A DNA stretch of 64,000 bases from positions 62,558,001-62,622,000 of the forward strand of contig OX597818.1 of NCBI GenBank assembly GCA_951406725.2, given 5' to 3'. A program made the translations under genes and the position numbers. The notes under the pieces are model-generated. The model saw nothing but the letters and a program-made list of their open reading frames with translations. It did not search any database and was not told the origin of the DNA. The first letter of the stretch is position 1, and every line of letters starts with the position of its first letter. Below, one piece after another: positions 1-12,437 of this stretch. The DNA is from Octopus vulgaris (Eukaryota).

Positions 1-19
1 ATGGAATGAAATATTTGGC

Positions 20-100
20 TTAAAAACACAACGCATCGCCTAGTTCGGGAATCGAAACCACAATCTTGTGATCCTAAGTGCAACGCACTGACTGCCTTCA
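20..100 (-). mobile_element. Degenerate tRNA-derived SINE head (family C)
   Basis: The reverse complement contains GTGGTTTCGATTCCCG...GCGTTGTGTT, matching the B-box region of the family C copies at 27858 and 37540. Confidence 0.55.
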
Positions 101-340
101 CAACGATACTTTATGAACTCGGTTTCATCACATTTACTTGTTTCATAAAAATTTCAACACATACATATAACCACCATCAACGAAGCCACCTTAAAAACCC
201 CTTACAGTTGCACGACTTGCTAGAAATAATAGCAATCTTAAGACGGGGAGATGCATTATGGAAGAGGTAAGTGTGATAGAAATGGAAATTAGCTTCTGAT
301 CATAGTTGACCGGGGTTAAAAAATAAACAAACAAAAACAA

Positions 341-620
341 TTATTTACATTATTTACATTTGTAAGATATTTGTCATCTTGTTTGTTGTTAACACAGCAT
401 TTTGACTGATATACCCTCCAGCCTTCATCAGGTGTCTTGGGGAAATTTCGAATCTGGGTTCTCATTCCCAAGGCAATTTTCGCTGTTGGTATTATTATTA
501 TTATTAGTAGTAGTATTCTTTTTCTTCTTATTATTATTCAGGTCACTGCCTGAAATCGAACTCGGAAGCTTGAGGTTAGTAGCCTGCGCTTTTAACCGCT
601 ACGCCATATGACCGTGGGCA
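341..620 (-). mobile_element. tRNA-headed SINE-like element with internal (AAT/AAG)n and a Penelope-type 3' part carrying a decayed hammerhead motif (family H)
   Basis: Minus strand reads GGTCATA-TGGCGTAGCGG (A box)...GAGTTCGATT (B box)...TGACC, then (AAT/AAG)n, then CCCCAAGACAC-CTGATGA-AGGCTG-GAGGGTATAT-CAGTC-AAAATGCTGTGTT and an (AATGTAAAT)n tail. Possible short TSD AAAACAA at 334-340 and 620-626. Confidence 0.75.
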
Positions 621-754
621 AAACAACTCTCTAAATATTTTCGTAGAAGGTTAGAAAAATTCATCATGTATTAAACCATAAATGCCTACATTGTAGCTGT
701 AATTCAAAGTGGAAACCTTCCAAATGATAGAACTGGAAGCAGCTTCTTTAGCGA

Positions 755-1233
755 GAATGGAACGTTTTGGCGCAGCTGCTTCGGCGCCGCTGACTTGATA
801 TCAAATATTTTAATGTTTCTCTCGATATCTCCCAATCTTCCACTCTGTCTGTTTGTCAGTCTCTCTCTCACTCTCTCTCTCTCTCTCTATCTCTCAATCT
901 ATCTATTCATCCATCCATATATCTATATCTCTATCTCTCCACCTTTATTTATGTGTGAGAGTATGTTTCTTTTTATGCTAATGAGATGGAATATGTTTAT
1001 GTCAATCGGGTGCAATGAATAAATTATAATGTTTCTCTCACTCTCTCTCTCACATTATTTCTATCTGTATGTGTATATACATGTATATACCTGTATGTGT
1101 ATATACCTGTATATACCTGTATGTGTATATACCCTCTCTTTCTCTGTTACACTCTTTCTCTCATGTGTGTTTATCTAGACATCACTGTCGCCAAAAGATA
1201 ATTCGCAACAGGCTGCGCCAAATCGTCTCATTC
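755..1233. mobile_element. Degenerate MITE-like element with ~24 bp imperfect TIRs
   Basis: Left end GAATGGAACGTTTTGGCGCAGCTG; reverse complement of the right end GAATGAGACGATTTGGCGCAGCCTG. The interior is low complexity. Confidence 0.4.
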
Positions 1234-1702
1234 CATTCTGAAACATCGACTTCTTGTGTAAGAAGCTGTTTGTCTACCCCTTCAGTTGCTTATCTAACAT
1301 TTTCAGCAATATTAAAAATACAGAATGTTGAACAATCTTCAAGAAATATCCATTTATCTGCTGGGTACCACTTACATTACAGCGTCTTTTTTTAAAATTT
1401 AGACTTAATAACTGAGCACTTTTAAAGAATATTAATTACCACACGAAACAAATATAAATATTATCAATAATATATTATTGTATATAGCATATTTATCAAT
1501 ATCATTAATATTAATCAAGCACATAGCATAAACCACAGTATATTGAGAATGGTAAACATAAAAAGCATTTGCCTGAAGGGAGAATATAGGCAAGATTAAA
1601 AGTAAACGGAACTTTAATAGCCAAACATGTAGGGAAACTTTTAAAACGCTAAATGGGAGCAAAATATCATAAACACTAAATTTGAACAAAATATTTATTT
1701 TT

Positions 1703-1773
1703 AACTACCCACAAGGGGCTAAACACAGAGAAGACAAACAAGGACAGACGGATTAAGTCGATTACATCGACCT
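1703..1773 (-). mobile_element. 3' fragment of SINE family A
   Basis: ACTACCCACAAGGGGCTAAACACAGAG...GTCGATTACATCGAC matches the family A tail. Confidence 0.8.
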
Positions 1774-1806
1774 CATATAAATCTCATATAAATCTCCTGG
1801 AAACTT

Positions 1807-1983
1807 CAGAAATGTGCAACAAAGCGAATACCTGCAGTCAGACACCTACCATTCTCTGAACGTCTTGCATTCCTGGGCATGGATACATTGAAGCCCAGAC
1901 GTCTGGAATTTGACTTGATTGATACCCACAAGATTATCCACCATATTTCCAACAACAACCTTGGGTACCTTTTTGAATTCCAT
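1807..1983 (+). pseudogene. CR1-group LINE ORF2 C-terminal relic
   Basis: Manual translation QKCATKRIPAVRHLPFSERLAFLGMDTLKPRRLEFDLIDTHKIIHH matches the CR1-type motif VQRRATK.IP....L.Y.ERL..L....L..RR...DL...HKII. Confidence 0.75.
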
Positions 1984-2917
1984 TATAGCAGAAAGGATTA
2001 TATATTTAAGTATAAGTTTGAAAGCTGAGTCAAAAGAGAGGAGTTGTATCGACAAGTAGATGCGGTTTAAGTCCACAAATTTCCAATATCCAAGTGTTTG
2101 AAAATGTTATCAGAATGTCGTGGATGCGGCCCAGCAGCGTTAGAGCGTAAGGGGTTAAGGGCCGGAACACTTGCCTGAGCGGGGTTTCTTTACCGAAGAT
2201 ATTTTGCTGTTCAGCTCTCTTGAGAGTTTCTTATCATCAGCTGAGCCTAAGGCTAGACGTGTCATACGACGACGATGATGACAATGATTATGATGATGAT
2301 GATGATGAGGAGGAGGAGGAGGAGGAGAATTCTGAGGGTGGTGTTCATCCTCCTCGTCATTATGAACGGTCATCATCATCGTCATCTTCATCATCAGAAG
2401 CAACAACAAAAACAACAACGAAAAACAGCAACTTAATATCAGTTGTATCAATCATAAGCAGATTATTAAATGTCCCTGAATATAAACCAGAAATATAACA
2501 ACTTAAACAACATTTATCATAAACGGAATAATATTGACTGCGAGAATATTAACGACAGCATAAACCAAACTGGCCATAAAGAGAATATTAAAAATAACCT
2601 AAACACACAGAGAAATCATAAACAGACGGCAATAATTTCTCACACAATATTAAGATATTAAGGACACTAATCTCCTAGATATATGAACAATATTAGCATA
2701 ACATATTTTTAGCTGTGTCTAAATTTTCTGAGACGGTAAGTAACAAATGCTTGATATAAATGTAGCTTTATTCGATTTCTTTATAACGACTTCTACAAAA
2801 TGGCGCAGGACTACAAATGTGTTTCTTGGTTGAGGAACAAGTCTATTATACGATTCCAATCGCCATCTTGTACCTGTTGTATCGACCAAAGGAAAGTAAG
2901 AGTTAAAGTAGAAATAC

Positions 2918-3521
2918 TATTTCTTTTTCTTTACTACCCACAAGGGTCTAAACACAGAGGGGACAAACAAGGACAAACGAAGGTATTAAGTCGATTATAT
3001 CGACTCCAGTGCGTAACTGGTACTTAATTTATTGACCTCGAAAGGATGAAAGGCAAAGTCGACCTCGGCGGAATTTGAACTCAGAACGTAACGGCAGACG
3101 AAATACCTATTTCTTTACTACCCACAAGGGGCTAAACACAGAGAGGACAAACAAGGACAGACGAAGGTATTAAGTCGATTATATCGACTCCACTGCGTAA
3201 CTGGTACTTAATTTATCGACCTCGAAACGATGAAAGGCAAAGTCGACCTCGGCGGAATTTAAACTCGGAACGTAGCGGCAGACGAAATAATTATTTCTTT
3301 ACTACCCACAAGGGGCTAAACACAGAGGACAAACAAGGACAGACAAACGGATTAAGTCGATTATATCGACTCCAGTGCATAATTGGTACTTAATTTATCG
3401 ACCTCGAAAGGATGAAAGGCAAAGTCGACCTCGGCGGAATTTGAACTCAGAACGTAACTGCAGTCTTAATACGGCTACGCATTTCGCCCGGCGTGCTAAC
3501 GTTTCTGCCAGCTCGCCGCCT
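2918..3521 (-). mobile_element. SINE family A trimer (one tRNA-derived head plus three tandem bodies)
   Basis: Three ~185 bp bodies (2918-3105, 3106-3290, 3291-3470) and a single head GGCGGCGAGCTGGCAGAAACGTTAGC ending at ~3521. TSD AGTAGAAATAC (2907-2917) / AGTCGAAATAC (3525-3535). Confidence 0.9.
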
Positions 3522-4343
3522 TACAGTCGAAATACTAAATGTTCAAATTAATTTATGATGTCTGACTTTCTTTGTTACATTTTGCATTTTTATTTAGGTA
3601 TTTTAGTTACGTAATTTTTGGTTTTTGAGTTACTTATTTCAATACTTTATACCTTTAGTTACTTCACTATAAGTTACATGGCGCGTTCGGATTACTGATT
3701 CGACATGCTCTGTGTAACAACACAGTCGGTTTTGAATTATGCTAGAATACTCACTAAATTGCTACATGACTTTGACTTACGGTACTTTGTTACGGTGTTT
3801 TAACTTCTCAGTTACTGCACCATACATTCTAATTTGCAATACCGTACATTCCGGGTTACGTAATTTAAATTTCTGTGCTACGAAACTATGTGTTCTGCTT
3901 TACATTGCTTTTACACTGCTTTATACTGCCCTACCTTACAGAACAACGAATTCTGAGTTACGGTACAATACGCTCTTTACGTTCAGGTTTACGTCACAGT
4001 CAAGAGTTGCGTTATAAATTTTGAGTTGTGATAAAGAAATGTCACCAGATGCTCTGAGTACGTTAAAGCATATTGTGAATTACGTCATCATACATTTTCA
4101 TCTAATTGACATTGAAACTGGGAATCTACTGTGAAACGTTCCTGGGAATATATTCTCACAGTATTCATAATTTGTCGTGACGTAGCTCAAAGTATCTAGT
4201 GACGTCAATGTATCTAATATCGAAGATCAAATCTTGTAATCAAATCATAGAAGGTATTGAGTATCGTAACTCAGAATTTGTTGTTACGTATCTAAATAAT
4301 TTAGAGCACTTCGAACTCTTTCTTCACACACATACACACACAC

Positions 4344-4386
<43 letters not shown>

Positions 4387-4561
4387 AACAACGTGCCTGT
4401 GTCTCCCAAGTTTGCTTCCCCTTATATAAATCTGTCTAATGACAGTGGCCCTTTAGTAAGTAACTATTAGAAAATCTTATTTAAAATACTTTCTACATTA
4501 AGTAATATTTATCACTCTCTGGAAGGATCACTTTTTCTTGATCCCACCGGAAGAGAAAAAT

Positions 4562-4592
<31 letters not shown>

Positions 4593-4607
4593 TATCTATC
4601 TATCTAT

Positions 4608-4765
4608 TTTTTAAAAAATTTATTCCCCCCTTTTTTTGTTTTCTTTCTTTCCCTTTACGATCCCTTTTGATCGAAAACCAAACCTCCTTTTTTTACCCTC
4701 AAAAGAAAAGCTCTACCTTGTAATTTGTCCTGTCTGTGTGCAGCCCTGTGTGGCTAATAAAGAAA
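4608..4765 (+). mobile_element. Severely 5'-truncated 3' UTR of the Tx1-type LINE, in (CTAT)n
   Basis: Ends in GCAGCCCTGTGTGGCTAATAAAGAAA like the copies ending at 10476 and 12182. Flanked by an identical 17-mer CATATCTATCTATCTAT at 4591-4607 and 4766-4782. Confidence 0.85.
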
Positions 4766-5280
<515 letters not shown>

Positions 5281-6020
5281 TATAATTTTCTGAATCTTCA
5301 AAATTTTCAATATGCTAGGCCACTGATTTAAATTGATATTAATAAAATTAATATCAATTTTTTACCCCGATTATATAACTTTACAATAGTGACTGCCAGT
5401 GGGCTGGTTGGAGAGCAAGGTGTGTCTCAGTGGAGGCTGGATGTAGATGTTTTGCAGCCCGTTCTCTGACCAGAGCCTTCTGTAGTTGGGGCATCGAGGG
5501 AGTGAGAAGGAGATAGGCCATCCGCAGTACCACCGACACGGCAGAGAGGACCTCAAGATGGCTGTGGATCAAACAGGAGAGCCATTGAGTAGCTACCTGG
5601 CCATCTGGACACAAGCTGATGTCTGATCATCCCCATCTGTGTCACCTGATGTTGAAAGGTCAGAAACACCCGATGATACCAGGCACGTAGTTGAAGATGT
5701 GTCCAGATGCCTCAGTCATTGGTGTATACACAATGAAATTTAAACACAAAGGCCCCGATCAAGTGCTGCAAATCAGCCGCTTCAATGTTCATATTCTTCC
5801 ACCAATCTATCCTCTTGTATTGGTACATTTTACTTACCCTGGCAAAGTTGAATGCTACGCTGAGCTCGATGAAATTTGAACTCATAACATAGAGACTCGA
5901 AAATGCGGCAAGAATTCTACCGGATTATATAATAACTTTGACAATCTATCATACATCCAGAAGTGTGCATCCTCGCCCCCCCTAAAATGAGCAAATTAAC
6001 TTCTTGTTATAAACTAATAT

Positions 6021-6260
6021 CCCGTGATCGCGTGACCGACCAGGCTATCAGATGTTGCTACGCATCGCTGGTCACAATACACTTCGCATTGTTTTAGCGT
6101 TCAAATGACGCCACTCCGCTGGCTAAGCAAGCAAGCCACTACCCCTGCTGGAGCATCGTGGAGCTTTAGGCGTTTTCGCTCAATAAACACTTACAACGCT
6201 CATTCTGGGAATCGAAACCGCGAGTCCGCTGCCCAAACCACTGGGTCATTGCTTCTCCAC
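6021..6260 (-). mobile_element. SINE family C (tRNA head) with a distinct tail
   Basis: Head GTGGAGAAGCAATGACCCAGTGGTTTGGGCAGCGGACTCGCGG. TSD ATAAACTA(A/G)TAT at 6009-6020 and 6261-6272. Confidence 0.85.
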
Positions 6261-6298
6261 ATAAACTAGTATAACTCTCACCAATATCTAATGATTTG

Positions 6299-6430
6299 AA
6301 GGCGGTGAGCAGGAAGAAGTATTAGCAACCCGGGAAAAATGTTTAGCAGCATTCCGTCTGGCTTTGTGCTGAGTTCAAATTCCACCAAAGTTGACTGCCT
6401 TTCACCCATTCAGAATCGATGAAATAAGAA
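6299..6430 (+). mobile_element. Degenerate family A-related SINE
   Basis: GGCGGTGAGC...TGAGTTCAAATTCCACC...TTGACTGCCTTTCA. Confidence 0.7.
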
Positions 6431-6636
6431 ACATGCTCTGGGATCACTGACGCTCCAAGCGTGAGCAACTTGTAATTTTGTATATGAGATACGTTCCGCG
6501 TCTAGCCTACCAACGCATTTATAAACAGCCACGAGTTGGGTGCCATCTACTGACAGACGTAAAAATGGCAGTGAAAGATGACTTGGTGAGAGCTATTTCA
6601 CGATTTCTGAAGACAATCAATATTACGTGTAAAAAA

Positions 6637-6852
6637 GGCGGTAAGCTGGCAGAGACATTAGTATACCTGGCAAGAGGCTTAGCGGCATTTCGTTCGTCTT
6701 TACGTTCTGAGTTCGAATACCGCCGAGGTCGACTTTGCATTTCATCCTTTCGGAGTCGATAAAAAAACGTACCATTTGAATAATGAGATCGATGTAATCG
6801 TACTTCCCACTTACCGAAGATTGCTGGTATCGTACCTAAATTTTGAAACCAA
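6637..6852 (+). mobile_element. Family A-related SINE
   Basis: GGCGGTAAGCTGGCAGAG...GTTCTGAGTTCGAAT...GTCGACTTTGCATTTCATCCTTTCGG...TTTGAAACCAA. Confidence 0.8.
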
Positions 6853-7821
6853 TTTTATTTGTAATGGATGCGTAGGAGTAGTAGTCGAATTAACCCGGTT
6901 GAGGAAGCTTGCTGTGCATTGCGCTGAGCAGTTTAGTTATTGCTTAAGCCACAGAAATATTTAAAACAAGAAAATTGCTGTCAAGCTGCATCATAGTGGT
7001 GGGTCAGATGTGGAATGCAAAGCGTCATATAATTTGTTTTATTCTTCTCATCCATTTTATTTTGACATGCGCATTACATTTTTATTCTTCTCTTCCGTTT
7101 TACAAATTCACTGTGCACATACGCATTGCGTGTTCATACTTCTCTTTCCGGTTCCTCTTCAAAGCTGTTTATTGATGACAACCATCTCACGAACGTGCGC
7201 TCGTGAGGAGCGCTTGGCGCGCCAATGGTTGTCAAAAAGGGGGAAAAAAGCAACTAAGAAACAAAATGACCGAAAGATTGATTAGAAGGAGATTTTGTTG
7301 TTATTTCTAGCAGGTTGAGTAACCACGTAGCCCTTCATTCGATCGAAGAAGAAATGGGTGATACTAATGCAAACTTAATCTGATACCAATTTAAGCTTGT
7401 CGTAGAGTTTCTGTTGATGTTACCTCTAATACGCTTATTCAAGGTGAACTGACTAACTCTACTGGGAGCTTATTAGAGACGAATATCTTACGCTATTATG
7501 CGTTTGTCTTTCATGAATAATGTGAATTTCTTGTACAGGAAATGACTAATTCTACTATAAACACTGCTGATTGGCATGAATGATACCATGGCAACGAATC
7601 TTAAAAATGAATTGTTTATATCGTTATTAGATGAAAATTTATTGACGTTAGTTTATTTCAGACTAAAGTGGAACTCATTTTCGTTATGAATGATAAGATA
7701 CAATATCAAAGAGTTAACAAGTTCATTATTGGTGTCTCCAGTCTAACTTGCTCCAATGTTTTCCTTCTCTACACACACAATCCGACAAAACACACACAAT
7801 GGAAAAAAAAAGTTTGTGGTG

Positions 7822-8660
<839 letters not shown>

Positions 8661-9016
8661 GCTAGATCTATTTGTGTATGTGAAATTGTCTATTTAACGT
8701 TTTATCAAATAGAACACCTTTCTTAGTTAACATTCAGAAAATAGCTGTATCAATGTGTGTGTTGTGTGAGTGTGTGTGTGTTCCTATATGTGTATATCTA
8801 GGTGAAAGTGTTTATGTGTGTATCTTGTGTGTATCTTGTGTGATATCTATCTGTACGTATCAGTTTATGCGCACTCTCCACCTTATCAGAAACAACAAAC
8901 AACTGATATCAGTATTTGATAAAATATATACCAAAATTTTCTCTTTATATGACCTACGAGGTAATATAAACCTTGGCCGTAAAATAAATATAAATAAAGA
9001 CAAACATAGATAAAAT

Positions 9017-9196
<180 letters not shown>

Positions 9197-10476
9197 AACA
9201 CCCGTTAAAAGGAGGGCTGGGCATGCCGTGGTTGATGATCCGCAGACACGCGCTGAGACTGCGGCATCTCTGGCTCTATGTAGACGACGGTGAACAGGTG
9301 TGGTCGCCGTTTGTGAGGCACGCTTTCCCGCAGCTCGTCTCCATGACCGAACTGCAGTCGTGGATCAAAAAGAGGCCGAGGAAGGGCGAATGGCACCGCG
9401 AGTGTCGCGTTGCTCTCAAGCAACTCTGCCGTCCTGGGTCGACCTTAAGTGACTTCAACACAACCAAAGCATTCTATAGGGGTTTAGTGGAGGGGAGGTA
9501 CGACGACGAGCTCGGGGCCAACCTGGACGTCGACGAGGAGTACCTGACCCGCCTGTTCAGGACGACTTTCGGGCCAGGGCCCATGGACAACTTCCAGAGA
9601 TCCCTGGCCTGGCAGTGCTACCGAGAAGCGCTACCCGTTCGGGATAAGCTCTACAGACACGGCTCGAGAAACACGGGGCCGACCTGCCCGAGATGCGGTC
9701 AGAGCGACGAAACCGTTCTGCACGCACTCGTTCAGTGTCCAACAATTTCCGACCTGTGGGCTTATGTCGAACAACTGCTGTCACGTGTGGGACGAGTCGG
9801 TTTATCAGCTGAGTCTATCGTCAATATTGTCACGCCTCCTTCCTTCAAACGGGAAGGAAGAGCTATTTTCATCATCCTTGTGGCTATGGCGAAAGAATGT
9901 ATCTGGTGGACGCGTCTGAAAGGATTGGAGACAAACACTTTCCTCTCTGGTCAATCTCTCATCAACTTCTTCAAGTACCACTTGAAAAGGAAAGTGAGAG
10001 TAGAGAGGCAAGTTTTGTCTAGCGAATGTTTTAAAAAAAGATGGGTGAATGTAGCAAGAATGGCACGAATGAATGACGAAGCCACCTTGAGCATAGTCCT
10101 ATGAACCCAGAAATCGAAAACAGAGAGTTGCTTATTTGCAAAAAAAAAAAAAAGAAATATAAAATGTGACTTCATTGACCGAGGTTACCGTGGTCTTTTC
10201 CGTAGGCTTTTCTTTCCACGGGTAAACCTCACCTGTCCTCCCCTTTACACTTCATATTGACATTTCTGTGATAACGATCCCTATTGATCAATTTTTTTCC
10301 CTCTCCCCCTTTTTTTAACCCCCCTTTTTTTGTCCTCTTTCTCTCCTTTTACGATCCCTTTTGATCGAAACTCCCCCTTCCTTTTTTTTTTTTTTTTTTT
10401 TTTAAACCTTCAAAAGAAAAGCTCTACCTTGTAATTTGTTCTATCTGTGTGCAGCCCTGTGTGGCTAATAAAGAAA
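9197..10476 (+). mobile_element. 5'-truncated L1/Tx1-clade non-LTR retrotransposon, copy 1
   Basis: Starts mid-ORF at [10 protein letters not shown], has an open ORF2 C-terminus, a pyrimidine-rich 3' UTR with a hairpin at 10181-10230 and AATAAA at the 3' end. (CTAT)n on both sides. Confidence 0.9.
9223..10104 (+). CDS. LINE ORF2 C-terminal region with zf-RVT-type CCHC zinc knuckle (5'-truncated)
   Basis: 293 aa open frame with W..YREALPVRDKL, CPRCGQSDETVLHALVQC and AK..IW..R, typical of L1/Tx1 ORF2 C-termini. The RT and endonuclease domains are missing, so it is not autonomous. Confidence 0.85.
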   Translation: MPWLMIRRHALRLRHLWLYVDDGEQVWSPFVRHAFPQLVSMTELQSWIKKRPRKGEWHRECRVALKQLCRPGSTLSDFNTTKAFYRGLVEGRYDDELGANLDVDEEYLTRLFRTTFGPGPMDNFQRSLAWQCYREALPVRDKLYRHGSRNTGPTCPRCGQSDETVLHALVQCPTISDLWAYVEQLLSRVGRVGLSAESIVNIVTPPSFKREGRAIFIILVAMAKECIWWTRLKGLETNTFLSGQSLINFFKYHLKRKVRVERQVLSSECFKKRWVNVARMARMNDEATLSIVL

Positions 10477-10509
10477 CATATCTATCTATCTATCTATCTA
10501 TCTATGTAC

Positions 10510-10560
<51 letters not shown>

Positions 10561-10681
10561 CATATATATCTATCAATTTATCTGTCTATCTACCTATCTA
10601 TCTGTCTACCTACCAACCTACCTACCAACCTACATAGCTACATACCTAACTAACTAACTAACTAACTAACTATCTACCTAC

Positions 10682-10768
<87 letters not shown>

Positions 10769-10861
10769 CCTATCAATCAATCAATCAATCACTCAATCAA
10801 TGTATATATGTATGTATGTTTCTACCTACATACCTACCTACCTACCTACCTACTTACCTAC

Positions 10862-10953
<92 letters not shown>

Positions 10954-10956
10954 ATA
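10477..10956. repeat. Compound (CTAT)n/(CTAC)n/(CTAA)n/(TCAA)n array between the LINE copies
   Basis: Direct reading. Confidence 0.95.
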
Positions 10957-12182
10957 TGCGGCATCTCTAGCTCTATGTAGACGACGGTGAACAGGTGTGG
11001 TCGCCGTTTGTGAGGCACGCTTTCCCGCAGCTCGTCTCCATGACCGAACTGCAGTCGTGGATCAAAAAGAGGCCGAGGAAGGGCGAATGGCACCGCGAGT
11101 GTCGCGTTGCTCTCAAGCAACTCTGCCGTCCTGGGTCGACCTTAAGTGACTTCAACACAACCAAAGCATTCTATAGGGGTTTAGTGGAGGGGAGGTACGA
11201 CGACGAGCTCGGGGCGAACCTGGACGTCGACGAGGAGTACCTGACCCGCCTGTTCAGGACGACTTTCGGGCCAGGGCCCATGGACAACTTCCAGAGATCC
11301 CTGGCCTGGCAGTGCTACCGAGAAGCGCTACCCGTTCGGGATAAGCTCTACAGACACGGCTCGAGAAACACGGGGCCGACCTGCCCGAGATGCGGTCAGA
11401 GCGACGAAACTGTTCTGCACGCACTCGTTCAGTGTCCAACAATTTCCTAACCTGTGGGCTTATGTCGAACAACTGCTGTCACGTGTGGGACGAGTCGGTT
11501 TATCAGCTGAGTCTATCGTCAATATTGTCACGCCTCCTTCCTTCAAACGGGAAGGAAGAGCTATTTTCATCATCCTTGTGGCTATGGCGAAAGAATGTAT
11601 CTGGTGGACGCGTCTGAAGGATTGGAGACAAACACTTTCCTCTCTGGTCAATCTCTCATCAACTTCTTCAAGTACCACTTGAAAATGAAAGTGAGAGTAG
11701 AGAGGCAAGTTTTGTCTAGCGAATGTTTTAAAAAAAGATGGGTGAATGTAGCAAGAATGGCACGTATGAATGACGAAGCCACCTTGAGCATAGTCCTATG
11801 AACCCAGAAATCGAAAACAGAGAGTTGCTTATTTGCAAAAAAAAAAAAAAAGAAATATAAAATGTGACATCATTGACCGGGGTTACCGTGGTCTTTTCCG
11901 TAGGCTTTTCTTTCCACGGGTAAACCTCACCTGTCCTCCCCTTTACACTTCATATTGACATTTCTGTGATAACGATCCCTATTGATCAATTTTTTCCCCC
12001 CCCTTTTTTTAACCCCCTTTTTTGTCCTCTTTCTCTCCTTTTACGATCCCTTTTGATCGAAACTCCCCCTTCCTTTTCTTTTTTTTTTTTCTTTTTTTTT
12101 TTTTTTCTTAAACCTTCAAAAGAAAAGCTCTACCTTGTAATTTGTTCTATCTGTGTGCAGCCCTGTGTGGCTAATAAAGAAA
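10957..12182 (+). mobile_element. 5'-truncated Tx1-type LINE, copy 2 (frameshifted)
   Basis: Near-identical to 9260-10476, with about seven differences seen by eye in the coding part, including TGG>TAG, a +1 at ~11448 and a -1 at ~11617. (CTAT)n on both sides. Confidence 0.9.
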
Positions 12183-12304
12183 CATATCTATATATCTATA
12201 TATCTATCTATCTACTTATCTATCTATCTACCTATCAATCATCCACTCAATGTATATATGTATGTATGTATATATCTATCTACCTAGCTACCTACCTACC
12301 TACA

Positions 12305-12349
<45 letters not shown>

Positions 12350-12350
12350 G

Positions 12351-12437
<87 letters not shown>

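Noticed and set aside
537-620. Functional tRNA gene (also 34845-34930 and the family C heads)
   Set aside because: The cloverleaves are imperfect, the copies diverge, and the heads are joined to SINE bodies, several with TSDs.
2140-2160. AAGGGGTTAA as a piggyBac terminus
   Set aside because: No matching opposite terminus was found.
2918-3521. Regularly spaced repeats as a CRISPR-like array (also 16040-16545)
   Set aside because: The units are contiguous tandem copies without unique spacers, the context is eukaryotic, and no cas genes are present.
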